Assembly: GCA_951406725.2 (NCBI GenBank)
Contig: OX597817.1
Span: forward strand, 61,194,001 to 61,258,000
Reading direction: 5' to 3'
Origin: Octopus vulgaris
Taxonomy: Eukaryota
Length of the DNA: 64,000 nt
Of this stretch, positions 53,671 to 64,000 are shown piece by piece. The notes beneath the pieces were generated by a model. That model made no database searches. It was not told the DNA's origin and saw only the letters and a program-made list of their open reading frames with translations. The position numbers were made by a program, and so were the translations under genes. How positions within the stretch are numbered: position 1 is the stretch's first letter; each line of letters begins with the position of its first letter.

Positions 53671-54200
53671 TAATACTCGAAGCGACAAGTCGCGTATTTG
53701 GCATGGGAGACTATTATTTATCGAAAATACGACGAATGCTATCTCCAACTTTCGAGCCAACTTTTATTCATGGTCGTAGCGATTTTCGATTGAAACTTGA
53801 ATTTAGCATGCAGAGAGATACTACAAACAACATGGCTGGACACAACATCAACAACGACACTATCGAGGAGCAGAACGTAAACAACGGCTCAACAGGTAAA
53901 CAAATTCTTTTTGGCTGTAGTTATAGAAGAAACCGTGACTACAAAACTCATTTCTCTTGGAGTTAACCAATTGAATAATGATCTATTTAACTTCTATGAA
54001 AAAGCGAAACAAAACCCCGCTGTAGGTTGTATGAATCGATTGAAATCATATTGGGATGATCTTCATCCAGAATTAAACCATTTTACTTCGAAGCATCTAC
54101 GCCAACAAGCAACGTTTGTAGAACATAGAAAGAAGGTTAGTAACTGTAACTTAATTAAAAACTCGAAAATTAACCTTCTTCCCAAATCTATAAGCAAAAA
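53671..54200 (+). pseudogene. Probable 5'/N-terminal fragment of an R4-clade LINE
   Basis: GCMNRLKSYWDDLHPELNHFTSKHLRQQA resembles the N-terminal domain of R4/Dong-type ORFs (recognised from memory, not searched). Confidence 0.5.
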
Positions 54201-54580
54201 CGAAAACGTGAATGGTATACGGCACACAACGTGGTTTCGGAACCAGCGACATTCCAACAGATTCTATAGTGCCTGCCAGCCAAACTACATTACTGGCTCA
54301 AGTAACTGACCACTGTCCCCTTACTACGACTATGGTAAAGCGCAGGCACAACCGCAACGATTCTTGTAGTAGTAGTAGTGGTAGTCAGGATTATGTTGCC
54401 GGTGAAATGTACCACTACTGAAATTTTTCAAGATGAAATAACTTTGGCTTTGAAGTGCTCTCTCGAAGATCATTCCAAGCACGAAATGGAGCGTCGGCAA
54501 GTTGGACATGGCATAGCTAAGATATGGAAATCTATGAACAACATCTCAAGGTTTTAACAAAACCATAGTAATCTACCTCT

Positions 54581-54908
54581 TTTTAAAGACTCCGCCGGTT
54601 ACGACGACGAGGGTCCCAGCTGATACGATCAACGGAACAGCTTGCTCGTGAAATTAACGTGCAAATGGCTGAGCATTCCACAGACACGTGTACCCTTAAC
54701 GTAGTTCTCGGGGATAATCAGCGTGACACAGAGAGTGACAAGGCTGACCCTTTGAAATACAGGTACAACTCATTTTTGCCAGCTGAGTGGACTGGAGCAA
54801 CGTGAAATAAAGTGTCTTGCTCAAGGACACAACGCGTCGCCGGGAATCGAACTCACAACCTTACGATCATGAGCCGAATGCCCTAACCACTAAGCCACGC
54901 GCCCTCAC
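54581..54908 (-). mobile_element. tRNA/CORE SINE with TSD
   Basis: Head TGGCTTAGTGG...GAGTTCGATTCC; CORE-like TGTGTCCTTGAGCAAGACACTT; TSD AATCTACCTCT at 54570-54580 and 54909-54919. Confidence 0.9.
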
Positions 54909-55534
54909 AATCTACCTCTAAAACATCGTATTTACGATAAAGGAATTAATCTATGGAACATCGCATCGTAGTTAAGATATAAAAATCTATAAATATCTCG
55001 AAATTTTAGCAAACATATAAACAATTCCCTAAAAACATCTCAAATCTTTGAATCACACACAGTGATATTCCATAGTTTGAAGTAATACTAAAGGCTTGGG
55101 CTTTTCTATGTGTTTCCCATTTCCCATGTATGTATGCATGTATGTATGTATGTATGTATGTATGTATGTATGTATGTATGTATGTATGTATGTGTGTGTG
55201 TGTGTATGTATGTATGTATGCATGTGTGTGTGTATGTATGTATGTATGTGTGTATGTATGTATGTATGCATGTATGTATGTATGCATGCATGTATGTATG
55301 TGTGTGTATGTATGTATGTATGTATGTGTGTATGTATGTATGTATGAATGTATGTATGTATGCATGTATGTATGTATGTGTATGTATGTATGTACGTATG
55401 CATGCATGTATGTAGCAGTACCTACTACTTGACCTGTGGTAGAGACAAAAGGCCCCACTCCCAATTCCTTCTTCCTCGACCTTAACACTACTAGCCCTAC
55501 AACACGCAAATATTATTATTATTATTATTATTAT

Positions 55535-56412
55535 TCAGTAGTTTTTTTTTTTGTTTTTTTTTTATAGCGTGCTTTCACTTCACTACCGAGCGCAGCTCTG
55601 TGTGCCTTGGGTATGTGCTGTGATTTGTTGTGATGCTCTGATGGTTATTGTATGGAAAGTGTTCTGCGTAGGATGTGTGCAGTGCCTAGTAGTGCAATTT
55701 TCTGTATGTTATATGTGTTTGTAAGTCCTGGTGTTTTGTTATGTATTTGTCTGAATATTTTTTTATCATGCCTAATGCACCTACTATGATAGGAATTGTT
55801 TCTGTTTTCAGATTCCACATTCTAGTTACCTCTATTTCCAGGTCTTTGTATTTTGAGAGTTTCTCCATTTCTTTTAGAGACACGTTGTCATCTGCCGGTA
55901 CTGATACATCAATTAGAAAGCATTTTTTTCTTCATGGTCTCTGACAACTATATCTGGTCTGTTGGCCTTAATTTCTCTATCTGTGTGTATCGGCATATCC
56001 CAGAGTATGGTTGCTTTCTCGTTTTCTGTGACCTTTCTGGTGTGTGCCTATACCATCTTTTTTCTGTTGTTATTCCATAATGTTGGCATAGCTTCCAATG
56101 TATGTAAGTTCCAACTCTGTCATGTCTGTGAATATATTCCTTCTTAGCCAGGACTGGGCAGCTAGAGATAATATGATTTATTGTTTCTTGTCCATCTCCA
56201 CATATTCTGCAGTTACTTGTAATATTTCTTTTCATTACATGTTTTTGGTAATTTCTGGTGGGGAGGCTTTGGTCTTGTGCTGCAATTAAAAATCCCTCTG
56301 TTTCTGCTTTGAGTCCTGAGCTTCTCAACCATTGCTGGGATTTTTCTTTGTCTATTTCTTTTGCGTTTAGTTTAGTCCAGTATTTACCATGAAGGGGCTT
56401 TTCTTGCCATCA

Positions 56413-56416
<4 letters not shown>
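55535..56416 (-). mobile_element. 5'-truncated R4/Dong-clade LINE inserted in (TAA)n
   Basis: WQEKPLHG, LKAETEGFLIAAQDQ, a CCHC knuckle (CRIC...H...C), RHD, NRPD...IDVS...EKLSKY (RLE endonuclease) and PIIVGALG, with frameshifts. (TTA)n lies on both flanks. Confidence 0.92.
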
Positions 56417-56496
<80 letters not shown>

Positions 56497-56709
56497 ATGC
56501 CAAGAAAACTGGCAGGCATTATTACTTAGAATAATAGCAGTGCCTCTGTCACAACAGCTGAAAGCTACAGTGCAAAAATTAAGCGCAAAGGTGAGATCTT
56601 ATCCATACGGTCGCTGACATCGCCGATAGGAATTCCTGTCGAAATAACAGAAAGAATAAAGAGCTGCAAACATAACTAAAAGGAATAAGCATGCATCTAG
56701 ATATACATA

Positions 56710-56755
<46 letters not shown>

Positions 56756-56872
56756 TACATATAGGTATATAAATAATGTATATACATATGTACGCATATT
56801 GTATGTATACATATGTATCATTATATCACTTCCAATATGAATATGTCTATGTATATATGTGTATGCATATAC

Positions 56873-56903
<31 letters not shown>

Positions 56904-57588
56904 TGCATGTATGTATGTGCGTATGTGTTAATTTATGTGTGTACATAGGTATATGTGTATGAATGTATAAATCACAGACCGAGCTGATTTAAAACAAAGG
57001 CAACACCTAATTCTTGAAAAGTGCAAGCAACAAACAAAACTAAAGAAACAAAACCAAATAAAATTGAATAAAACAAAAGCCGAAAAGCATCATCATCAGT
57101 GAGTCAGTGACGTTATGTCAGAGTCAATTGAAATTCTAATTCATTTACGAGTAGACAACTTTTCATTTGATTTATTTAATGTTTTCTTTCCACTTTAGTA
57201 ACGAAGTTCATGCTAACACCTTTACACGACAAACCGCTTACCTCTCTTCATTTAATGTGTGTTTCGTCTTCTCGTTGTGATATAATGAATGATAAAATAG
57301 CTTCCGATTATTTATATCATTCATCTTACAAATCGTGCCAGACGAAAAAAACTTCTGGCTTCCGTATTTTTTTTTTTCGGCCTATGTCATTATTTTTGTT
57401 GTTGTCGTTGTTGTTGATGGTCTGTTGTTGTTATTGTTTAAGTTGTTATGTGGGGATGGAGGCACGCGCGCGCGAGTTTGTGTACGTCTATGCATACTGA
57501 AATTAAGATTAACAGTTCAAAATATTACACTGTACGTGTGTTAATATATATAAATGTATGCATGCGTATACACATACATATACACACT

Positions 57589-57642
<54 letters not shown>

Positions 57643-57677
57643 CGCATAAGTGAACAACCACAAATATATATATATAG

Positions 57678-57900
57678 TCTTTATTTTCTTATTCTTTTAC
57701 TTGTTTCAGTCATTTTGACTGCGGCCATGCTGGAGTACCGGTTTTACTCGCACAAATCGACTCCAGGATTTATTCTTTGTAAACCTGGTACTTATTCTAT
57801 CGGTCTTTTGCCGAATCGCTATGTTACAGGGACGTAAACACGCTAACGTCGGTTGTCAAGTGATGATGGGGAGACAAACACAGGCACACAAACATATACA
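57678..57900 (-). mobile_element. SINE 3' module
   Basis: CTTGTTTCAGTCATTTTGACTGCGGCCATGCTGGAG segment, also at 19920-19968 and 37885-37930. Confidence 0.7.
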
Positions 57901-58020
<120 letters not shown>

Positions 58021-58787
58021 ATCCTCTACTACTATAAATATATTCTTGCATTTTTCTCCGTCACAACATGAATGAGGAAGGAAGGGGTCATGGCAAACTG
58101 GTAGATGGAGTATTTCAATTCTGTGTGAGTATATGTGTGTGATAACCACAAGATAACATTGACAAATTTGATTAAGCATCCATATTTATACATAAAATAC
58201 TACAATTGGCCGTCATTTTTGACGGCATGGGTCCAGCTAGTTTATTTTATAAAAACCTGGAGTGTACTCTTTTACTCTTTTCCTCTTTTACTCTTTTACT
58301 CACGAAAGAATTTTTTTCCTTTTTTACTAAGGCATATTTCCGTCAGAGTGAGTGTCTGTTTGAAGCAGCGGTCGTGGTGGAACCCCGCTTCTCCCTTTCG
58401 GAGGACTTATCTTTTGTTTTAGTATTCCTGGCCCAGGGTGTTTAAACTTGGTCTAAATTTTTTTATGAAATATAGTTCTTTATTTTGGCGTTGTGTGAAG
58501 GTTGCGTTGTCACTGAATTTATAGAGCGGGTTAGTTGTAAATTTCGGATTTACATTTCCAGCACATCTATCTATGTGTCCGCTGACCGGTATTTTGCGGT
58601 AATCAGGGTTTCTAATTTGTGATTTATGCACCGCCATCCTGTTACGTAAGCTATTTTTTGTATGGCCGCTGCTTCAAACAGACACTCACTCTGACGGAAA
58701 TATGCCTTAGTAAAAAAGGAAAAAAATTCTTTCGTGCAAATCTGACCCTGATACATACGATACAGCTAAGGGTCAGACCCGATTCTG

Positions 58788-59275
58788 ATTGGTCAACAAG
58801 TTGATGACGTCTAGCTCTGCTAGAATGGACAGGATACAAACAAGGGACAGTCATTAGTCAGAATATTGATGACGTCCTTTTCTGCTTGAATAGTCACCTA
58901 GCAAGTACAGACAGGGGGCAGATCTAATGTAGCTATAAGTCGTGATTGGGCAGAATCTGGATGACGTCCCGCTCTGCTTGACTAACGAAGCGACTGGTCA
59001 AAACAGGAAACAAACAAGAGGCAGATATAATGCAGCGATTGGTCAAAATAATGATGACGTCCCGTTCTACTTGACTAACGAAGCGACTGGTCAAAACAGG
59101 AAACAAACAAGAGGGAGTTATAATGCAGCGATTGGTCAAAATAATGATGACGTCCCGTTATACTTGATTAAAGCCACCTAACGAAACGATTGGTCAAAAC
59201 ATTGATGACGTCACGCTACGCTAGATTGACCACCTAACAGGCATTATAAAACCGAGCATTTCACAAAAACTCACT
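58788..59275 (+). promoter_or_regulatory. Putative PLE internal Pol II promoter: 6x ATTGG-N10-GATGACGT, then TATA and Inr
   Basis: Modules start at 58788, 58853 (ATTAG), 58945, 59038, 59131 and 59189. A perfect TGACGTCA lies at 59206, TATAAAA at 59245 and TCACT at 59271. Confidence 0.6.
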
Positions 59276-59589
59276 AGAACCACCCAGCGAACTTCCACCA
59301 TGGGTCATCACAATTGCTTAAGGTAAAAATGAATTCCTCGCTCTTTCGGAAACATCAATCTTCTGTATTGACCGCTTTCCACCACTTTGATCTGTTTTTG
59401 TATTGAATACGTATCGCCACCGTGGGCCACTGCATCGAACACTTTGAACATATACTTCAAACTATATATCAACTATACATGAACTATATATCAACTATAC
59501 ATGAACTCTAAGATGTCTGACTCCGTTGTGTATTATAAATGAATTTCTTGTGTTTGACGGCATGAGCTGTCTTTTTTTATATATAACTT

Positions 59590-59628
59590 TTTTTGATAAG
59601 GTTCATTTCAGGAACTGAAACATGTTAT
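59590..59628 (+). ncRNA. Hammerhead motif, U3-A8 variant
   Basis: TTGATAA-GGTTC(ATTTCAG)GAACT-GAAA-CAT-GTT^ATAA, with palindromic AACATGTT and a weak stem I. Confidence 0.55.
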
Positions 59629-59725
59629 AATGTATATATAAAAATTAAAAATTGTATAATACAGCAGCATTTTCGAACTTCATTTTTTACAAATATATAC
59701 CTACTCGTATACGAGCTAATCCTAT

Positions 59726-59775
<50 letters not shown>

Positions 59776-59784
59776 TACGTATAT

Positions 59785-59948
59785 ACGACAAGCTTCTTTC
59801 AGTTTCTGTCTACCAAATCCACTCACAAGGCATTGGTCGGCCCGGGGCTATAGCAGATGACACTTGCCCAAGATGCCACGCAGTGGACTGAACCCGCAAC
59901 CATGTGGTTGGTTAGCAAGCTACTTACCACACAGCCACTCCTGCGCCT
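59785..59948 (-). mobile_element. tRNA/CORE-type SINE 5' part
   Basis: The minus strand reads GGCGCAGGAGTGGCTGTGTGGTAAG...GGTTCAGTCC...CTTGGGCAAGTGTC. Confidence 0.85.
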
Positions 59949-60359
59949 GTATTGCAAACGTTTTCGTTCTTGAATTTTTTAAACTAATAAATGTCTGCTT
60001 TAAACAATGTTTTCACTGTTATTTAAATATTTAATTTGTTCGCGAATGTTTTAATGTTAACTTCATTCGTGTATATTTTAATGCTTTGACTGTTATTTCT
60101 AGCAATGTTTTGAATGCCGTTGAACCCCCACCTCACCCCACCCCGATGATGGAAGAGGCAGCGAACGCGTTGTTTTCTGATTTGCTGAAAACTCTGAAAC
60201 TTATCAAACTTTCAATAGCTGTAACATTATTGCAAAATTTTTCTGGAATAAATGAATAACAAATTTGGATTTAGCGTCAATAATTACATCGAGATGATTC
60301 ATTAGAAAAAAAATTAATAAAGATAATCGTAAACAGTGACGAAAACCACAAAGATCCCA

Positions 60360-60914
60360 GGGTCCTTTCTACTATAGGCACAAGGCCTGGAATTTTAGGG
60401 AAGGGGGCTAGTCGATTACATCGACCCCAATGCGTAACTGGACTTACTTTATCAACCGCCGAAAGGATGAAAGACAAAGTCGACCTCGGCGCCATTTGAA
60501 CTCAAAACTTGAAGACAGATGAAATACCTATTTCTTTACTACCCACAAGGACAAACGGATTAGGTCGATTATATCGACCCCAGTGCATAACTGATACCTA
60601 TTTAATCGACCCCGAAAGGATGAAAGGCAAAGTCGACCTCGGCGGAATTTGAACTCAGAACGTAGCGGCAGACGAAATACCTATTTCTTTACTACCCACA
60701 AGGGGATAAACATAGAGGGGACAAACAAGGACAGACATAGGTATTAAGTCGATTACATCGACCCCAGTGCGCAACTGGTACTTAATTTATCGACCCCGAA
60801 AGAATGAAAGGTAAAGTCGACCTCGGCGGAATTTGAACTCACAACGTAACGGCAGACGAAATACCGCAAAGCATTTCGTCTGGCGTGCTAACGATTCTGC
60901 CAGCTCGCCACCTT
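60360..60914 (-). mobile_element. Nin-domain SINE, tandem trimer
   Basis: Three copies of the GAAAGGATGAAAGGCAAAGTCGACCTCGGCG...TTTGAACTC module downstream of one head. Confidence 0.85.
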
Positions 60915-61690
60915 AAACGTATCGAAAAATAGTAAAAAAAAGTATTTGAGGTCGCCAACTTTATCGGTGTCATTTTGTAATTGTGAACCTTGAAGGGTAA
61001 TTCTGGACACTTCCGTAGACCGATTAATTTAACTAAACGAAATTACTAAGACTATAAGAGAAAGTTGAAGATATACGCAACTAAATATTTTACGAATATT
61101 TCCAGCTTTTATTTCTGCCTTAGAGTTCCCAACATCCCTCCTCTTTTGCTTTCTCTTTTACCTCTTCTTCCATCAACAGCCGAAGCAAGTTCTAAGTACT
61201 TTCTAAGCATAGTGTGAATTATTTTAGTCAGAAGAAAAGGGATTGACCAATTTTCTTTTGGATCATAAGGCATAACTTCTTTGGAACGTGGAAAATGCAC
61301 GCTAATTTTCTTTTTACAAACTTGGTGAGGGATAAAGAATTTTCCGCTGGAAGACTCAGAGTAATTTAAAGCACCGCAAAAACGTTTACGGTTTCGTTGT
61401 TGAGTGTTTTTTGTGAAAGAAGATTTTCATTTAACGTTTCTCCTTGGATTTCTAAATCATTTTCGAAATTTTGCGAATGAATCCGTTTCAGCTGAAAGAA
61501 ATTACTTTATTTTTTATTTTGTTTGTGAGTTTCCTATGTGTGTGTGTGCGCCCGTGCGTGCGTGTGTGTGTGTGTTCCAATTTATGTTCCGTTTGTAAAA
61601 TAAACAAACATATACTCTCAGACACGCACATGTATATATGTATGCATGAATCTGTGTATGCGTATGTGTATGTATGCATGTATGTATGTA

Positions 61691-61750
<60 letters not shown>

Positions 61751-62039
61751 CATATACATATATATATGTGCATATATTTGTATAAATAATGTGTGTGTGT
61801 GTGTGTGACTATGTATTTGGGTGTGTTTACAGAAAGTTTTTCTCAAATTTGAAATTGCTATTCGTGTAAAAAAAGAGTCTTGTAAAACAGCTAATTAAAA
61901 CAGCTAATTAACACAAACCTGATGGAAGGAATTTCATATACAATAAGCCTTCATAGATAATTAATGATATTTTAAAGAAATAATTCTTATCAAATATTGT
62001 GAGTGCAGCCTCTTATATTATATTGCATCGTCAGCCGTT

Positions 62040-64000
62040 CATATATCCAAAAAAATAAGTATACTCTAAAACATGAGAGTAATAATTTATTTTTAGTAAG
62101 TTAAATGTTATGCCCAGTCATAGAGTGACTATTGGTTTTGCACATATAAATCGCTTGGCAATATAGGTGACTCGCCAGGCTCAAATGGCTGAAGGTGAAT
62201 TACCTCTCTACAACTGGAGGAAGAAACAAGTAATGGTCAGTTGGTTTGTAAACAAAAAAAAAAATTGTCCATGATGCAGGCGGGGCGGGATCGTCCACCT
62301 TACAACAACTTTGGCCTTGGCGAGCTTCGAAATAGTTGCCGTGAGTCTACAGAACGAATGGGAAATTCCAGGTTTGTAATATGAAACGTTTTAGATGAGG
62401 GCACAGAGAGAATATTTATTTCCTGGAGTTTAAAAAAGTGCTCGTTGCTGACGACGGTTACTCCAAAGTCCCTAGAAGCGTTTGATAGTACGAAATCTTG
62501 CTCGAAGGAAGAATGCATGATAGCTTAAGTGCAGCCTCTTTACCGAGGTGGATTAATTAAAATTTATTCGAGCTTAGCTGCATATTGTGTTGTTCTGCCC
62601 ATCGAATAACAGCGAGCTGGTTCAATTGGAGATTAGTCCGATCTCCTACTCTGTCGACGGCCTTCAGAAGTTTAGAGTCGTCAGTGAAAATTCTAATGCA
62701 GCTGTGTTTGATGACGTCAATGATGTCACTGATGTAAATAATACAGAGCACTGGGCCCAATACAGTACCTTGTGGGACTCCACTGGTGACTCTTGCCGAG
62801 TTGGATCGAACACATTCTATCAACCACAAGCTGGGTTCTGTTCACCAGAAAATACTCAATCCACTTTAATAGTTTCCCTCAGACTTCATTGTTTGATAGT
62901 TTCGGTAATGTGATGTTGTAGTCAGCCTCGTCGAAGACCTTACAGAAGTCAAGATTGATGGCATCTGCAATGGAGCCCCATACCATAGCCTTTAGGATAT
63001 TATGTTAAGTATTGTCGAAACCATGCTGGTTGGGAATAAGTAGGCTGTTACTTTCCAGGAAGGGAGTTATTTGAGATCTCAAATAATTTGATGATATGAG
63101 AAGTGAAATCGGTCGGTTTTCATTACCAGCGATTTGTGGCCCTTTTTGAAAACTAGGACACTCAATTGTGGCAGGAAATTTTCAGGAATATGGCTAGCAT
63201 CCAGTGACTTCTACCAGAGAAAAGGGAATGCTTGTTGATGCCATCTCTCCTTCAGGACTGGCGGGGAACTTGTCAGGGCCTGCGGCTAACAAATTTGTAA
63301 TTTTATTATTTTGTTAATAACTGCTACGATTTCTGAGGCATCAAATGATATTTCGGATAGGGTGTGCTTGGGGGTTGTTTCACCGATGCTGTCAAGGTTA
63401 ATCACGGTGAGATTGCGAAATGTGGGGCAGTATTGTTATTGTAGAATTTCAGCCATATCTTCTGCATCACTATGCAGAGTGCCATCGTCATCTTTTTGAT
63501 GCCCAATTGAGAAAATAGCGACTTTATGTCTTTTTTTTTTTTTGACGAATGAGAAGGAAACTTCGAAATTGACTTTTATTTTCTCACTGGCCCATTTATC
63601 TTCTGCTGTTTTTTGGTTGTCGATGAATGATAGCCTTCATGCAGCTTTCAGGAAAATGTTACTTTGATTCCAGTACTTTATATCTATCACGTGCAGGTGC
63701 TGCAACTGGAAGCAGTTTCGCCCGTTGATTTTTCGATTAATACTTTTTATTTTTCTTTGAAGTGCCCTTCTATTGGAGCCAGCGTTTAGCATTGCTCATG
63801 GACCATATCAGAATGATTTGGGAACACATGCTTGTGGAAATCTCCACTAGTAGCTTACAGGATGTATTGATGAAGCTTGGAGTGAGAGAAGGAGTGAAAG
63901 GCCTATCAGTAAGTGAAAGACCATGGGTGATTGTCTTCTCGTTTGCGTTGTGTAGATCCATGAAGCCAAAAGGATGGACTGGAACGAGATAATTCTGCAT
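62040..64000 (-). pseudogene. Degraded CR1-like LINE reverse transcriptase region (runs off the window)
   Basis: VTSGVPQGTVLGPVL, IFTDDSKL, WAEQHNMQL..NKF and upstream LDFCKVFDE-like sequence, with many stops and frameshifts. Confidence 0.85.

Larger units (their letters stand above)
58302..59730. mobile_element. Rearranged PLE: inverted GIY-YIG end (minus) joined to pseudo-LTR (plus)
   Basis: 58419-58660 (minus) encodes MAVHKSQIR...IPVSGHID...RQNKELYFIKKFRPSLN, homologous to 14608-14814. 58302-58372 is the reverse complement of 58665-58735. A hammerhead motif lies at about 59590-59628, and the element ends in (TA)n. Confidence 0.8.

Overview
This is an AT-rich, microsatellite-saturated animal genomic window, most likely cephalopod (Octopus-like; inferred from its tRNA-derived CORE/Nin-type SINEs and repeat landscape). 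I could not identify a host protein-coding gene with confidence, and nearly all ORFs in the track are translations of simple repeats. The real coding sequence is transposon-derived: a full-length RTE LINE with TSDs and a single homopolymer frameshift (27393-31368), mariner copies, Penelope-like (PLE) GIY-YIG fragments, R4/Dong, Tx1, CR1 and other RTE fragments, and non-autonomous Helitrons. The most interesting signal is about ten PLE-type termini carrying type I hammerhead-ribozyme folds. Across unrelated families the tertiary 3:8 core pair occurs as C-G, U-A and G-C. Several lie in fold-back (palindromic) elements, and one is joined to a tRNA-like Pol III head. One PLE terminus also carries six fixed-spacing CCAAT/CRE modules followed by TATA and Inr motifs. 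All calls were made by eye, without database searches or folding software.
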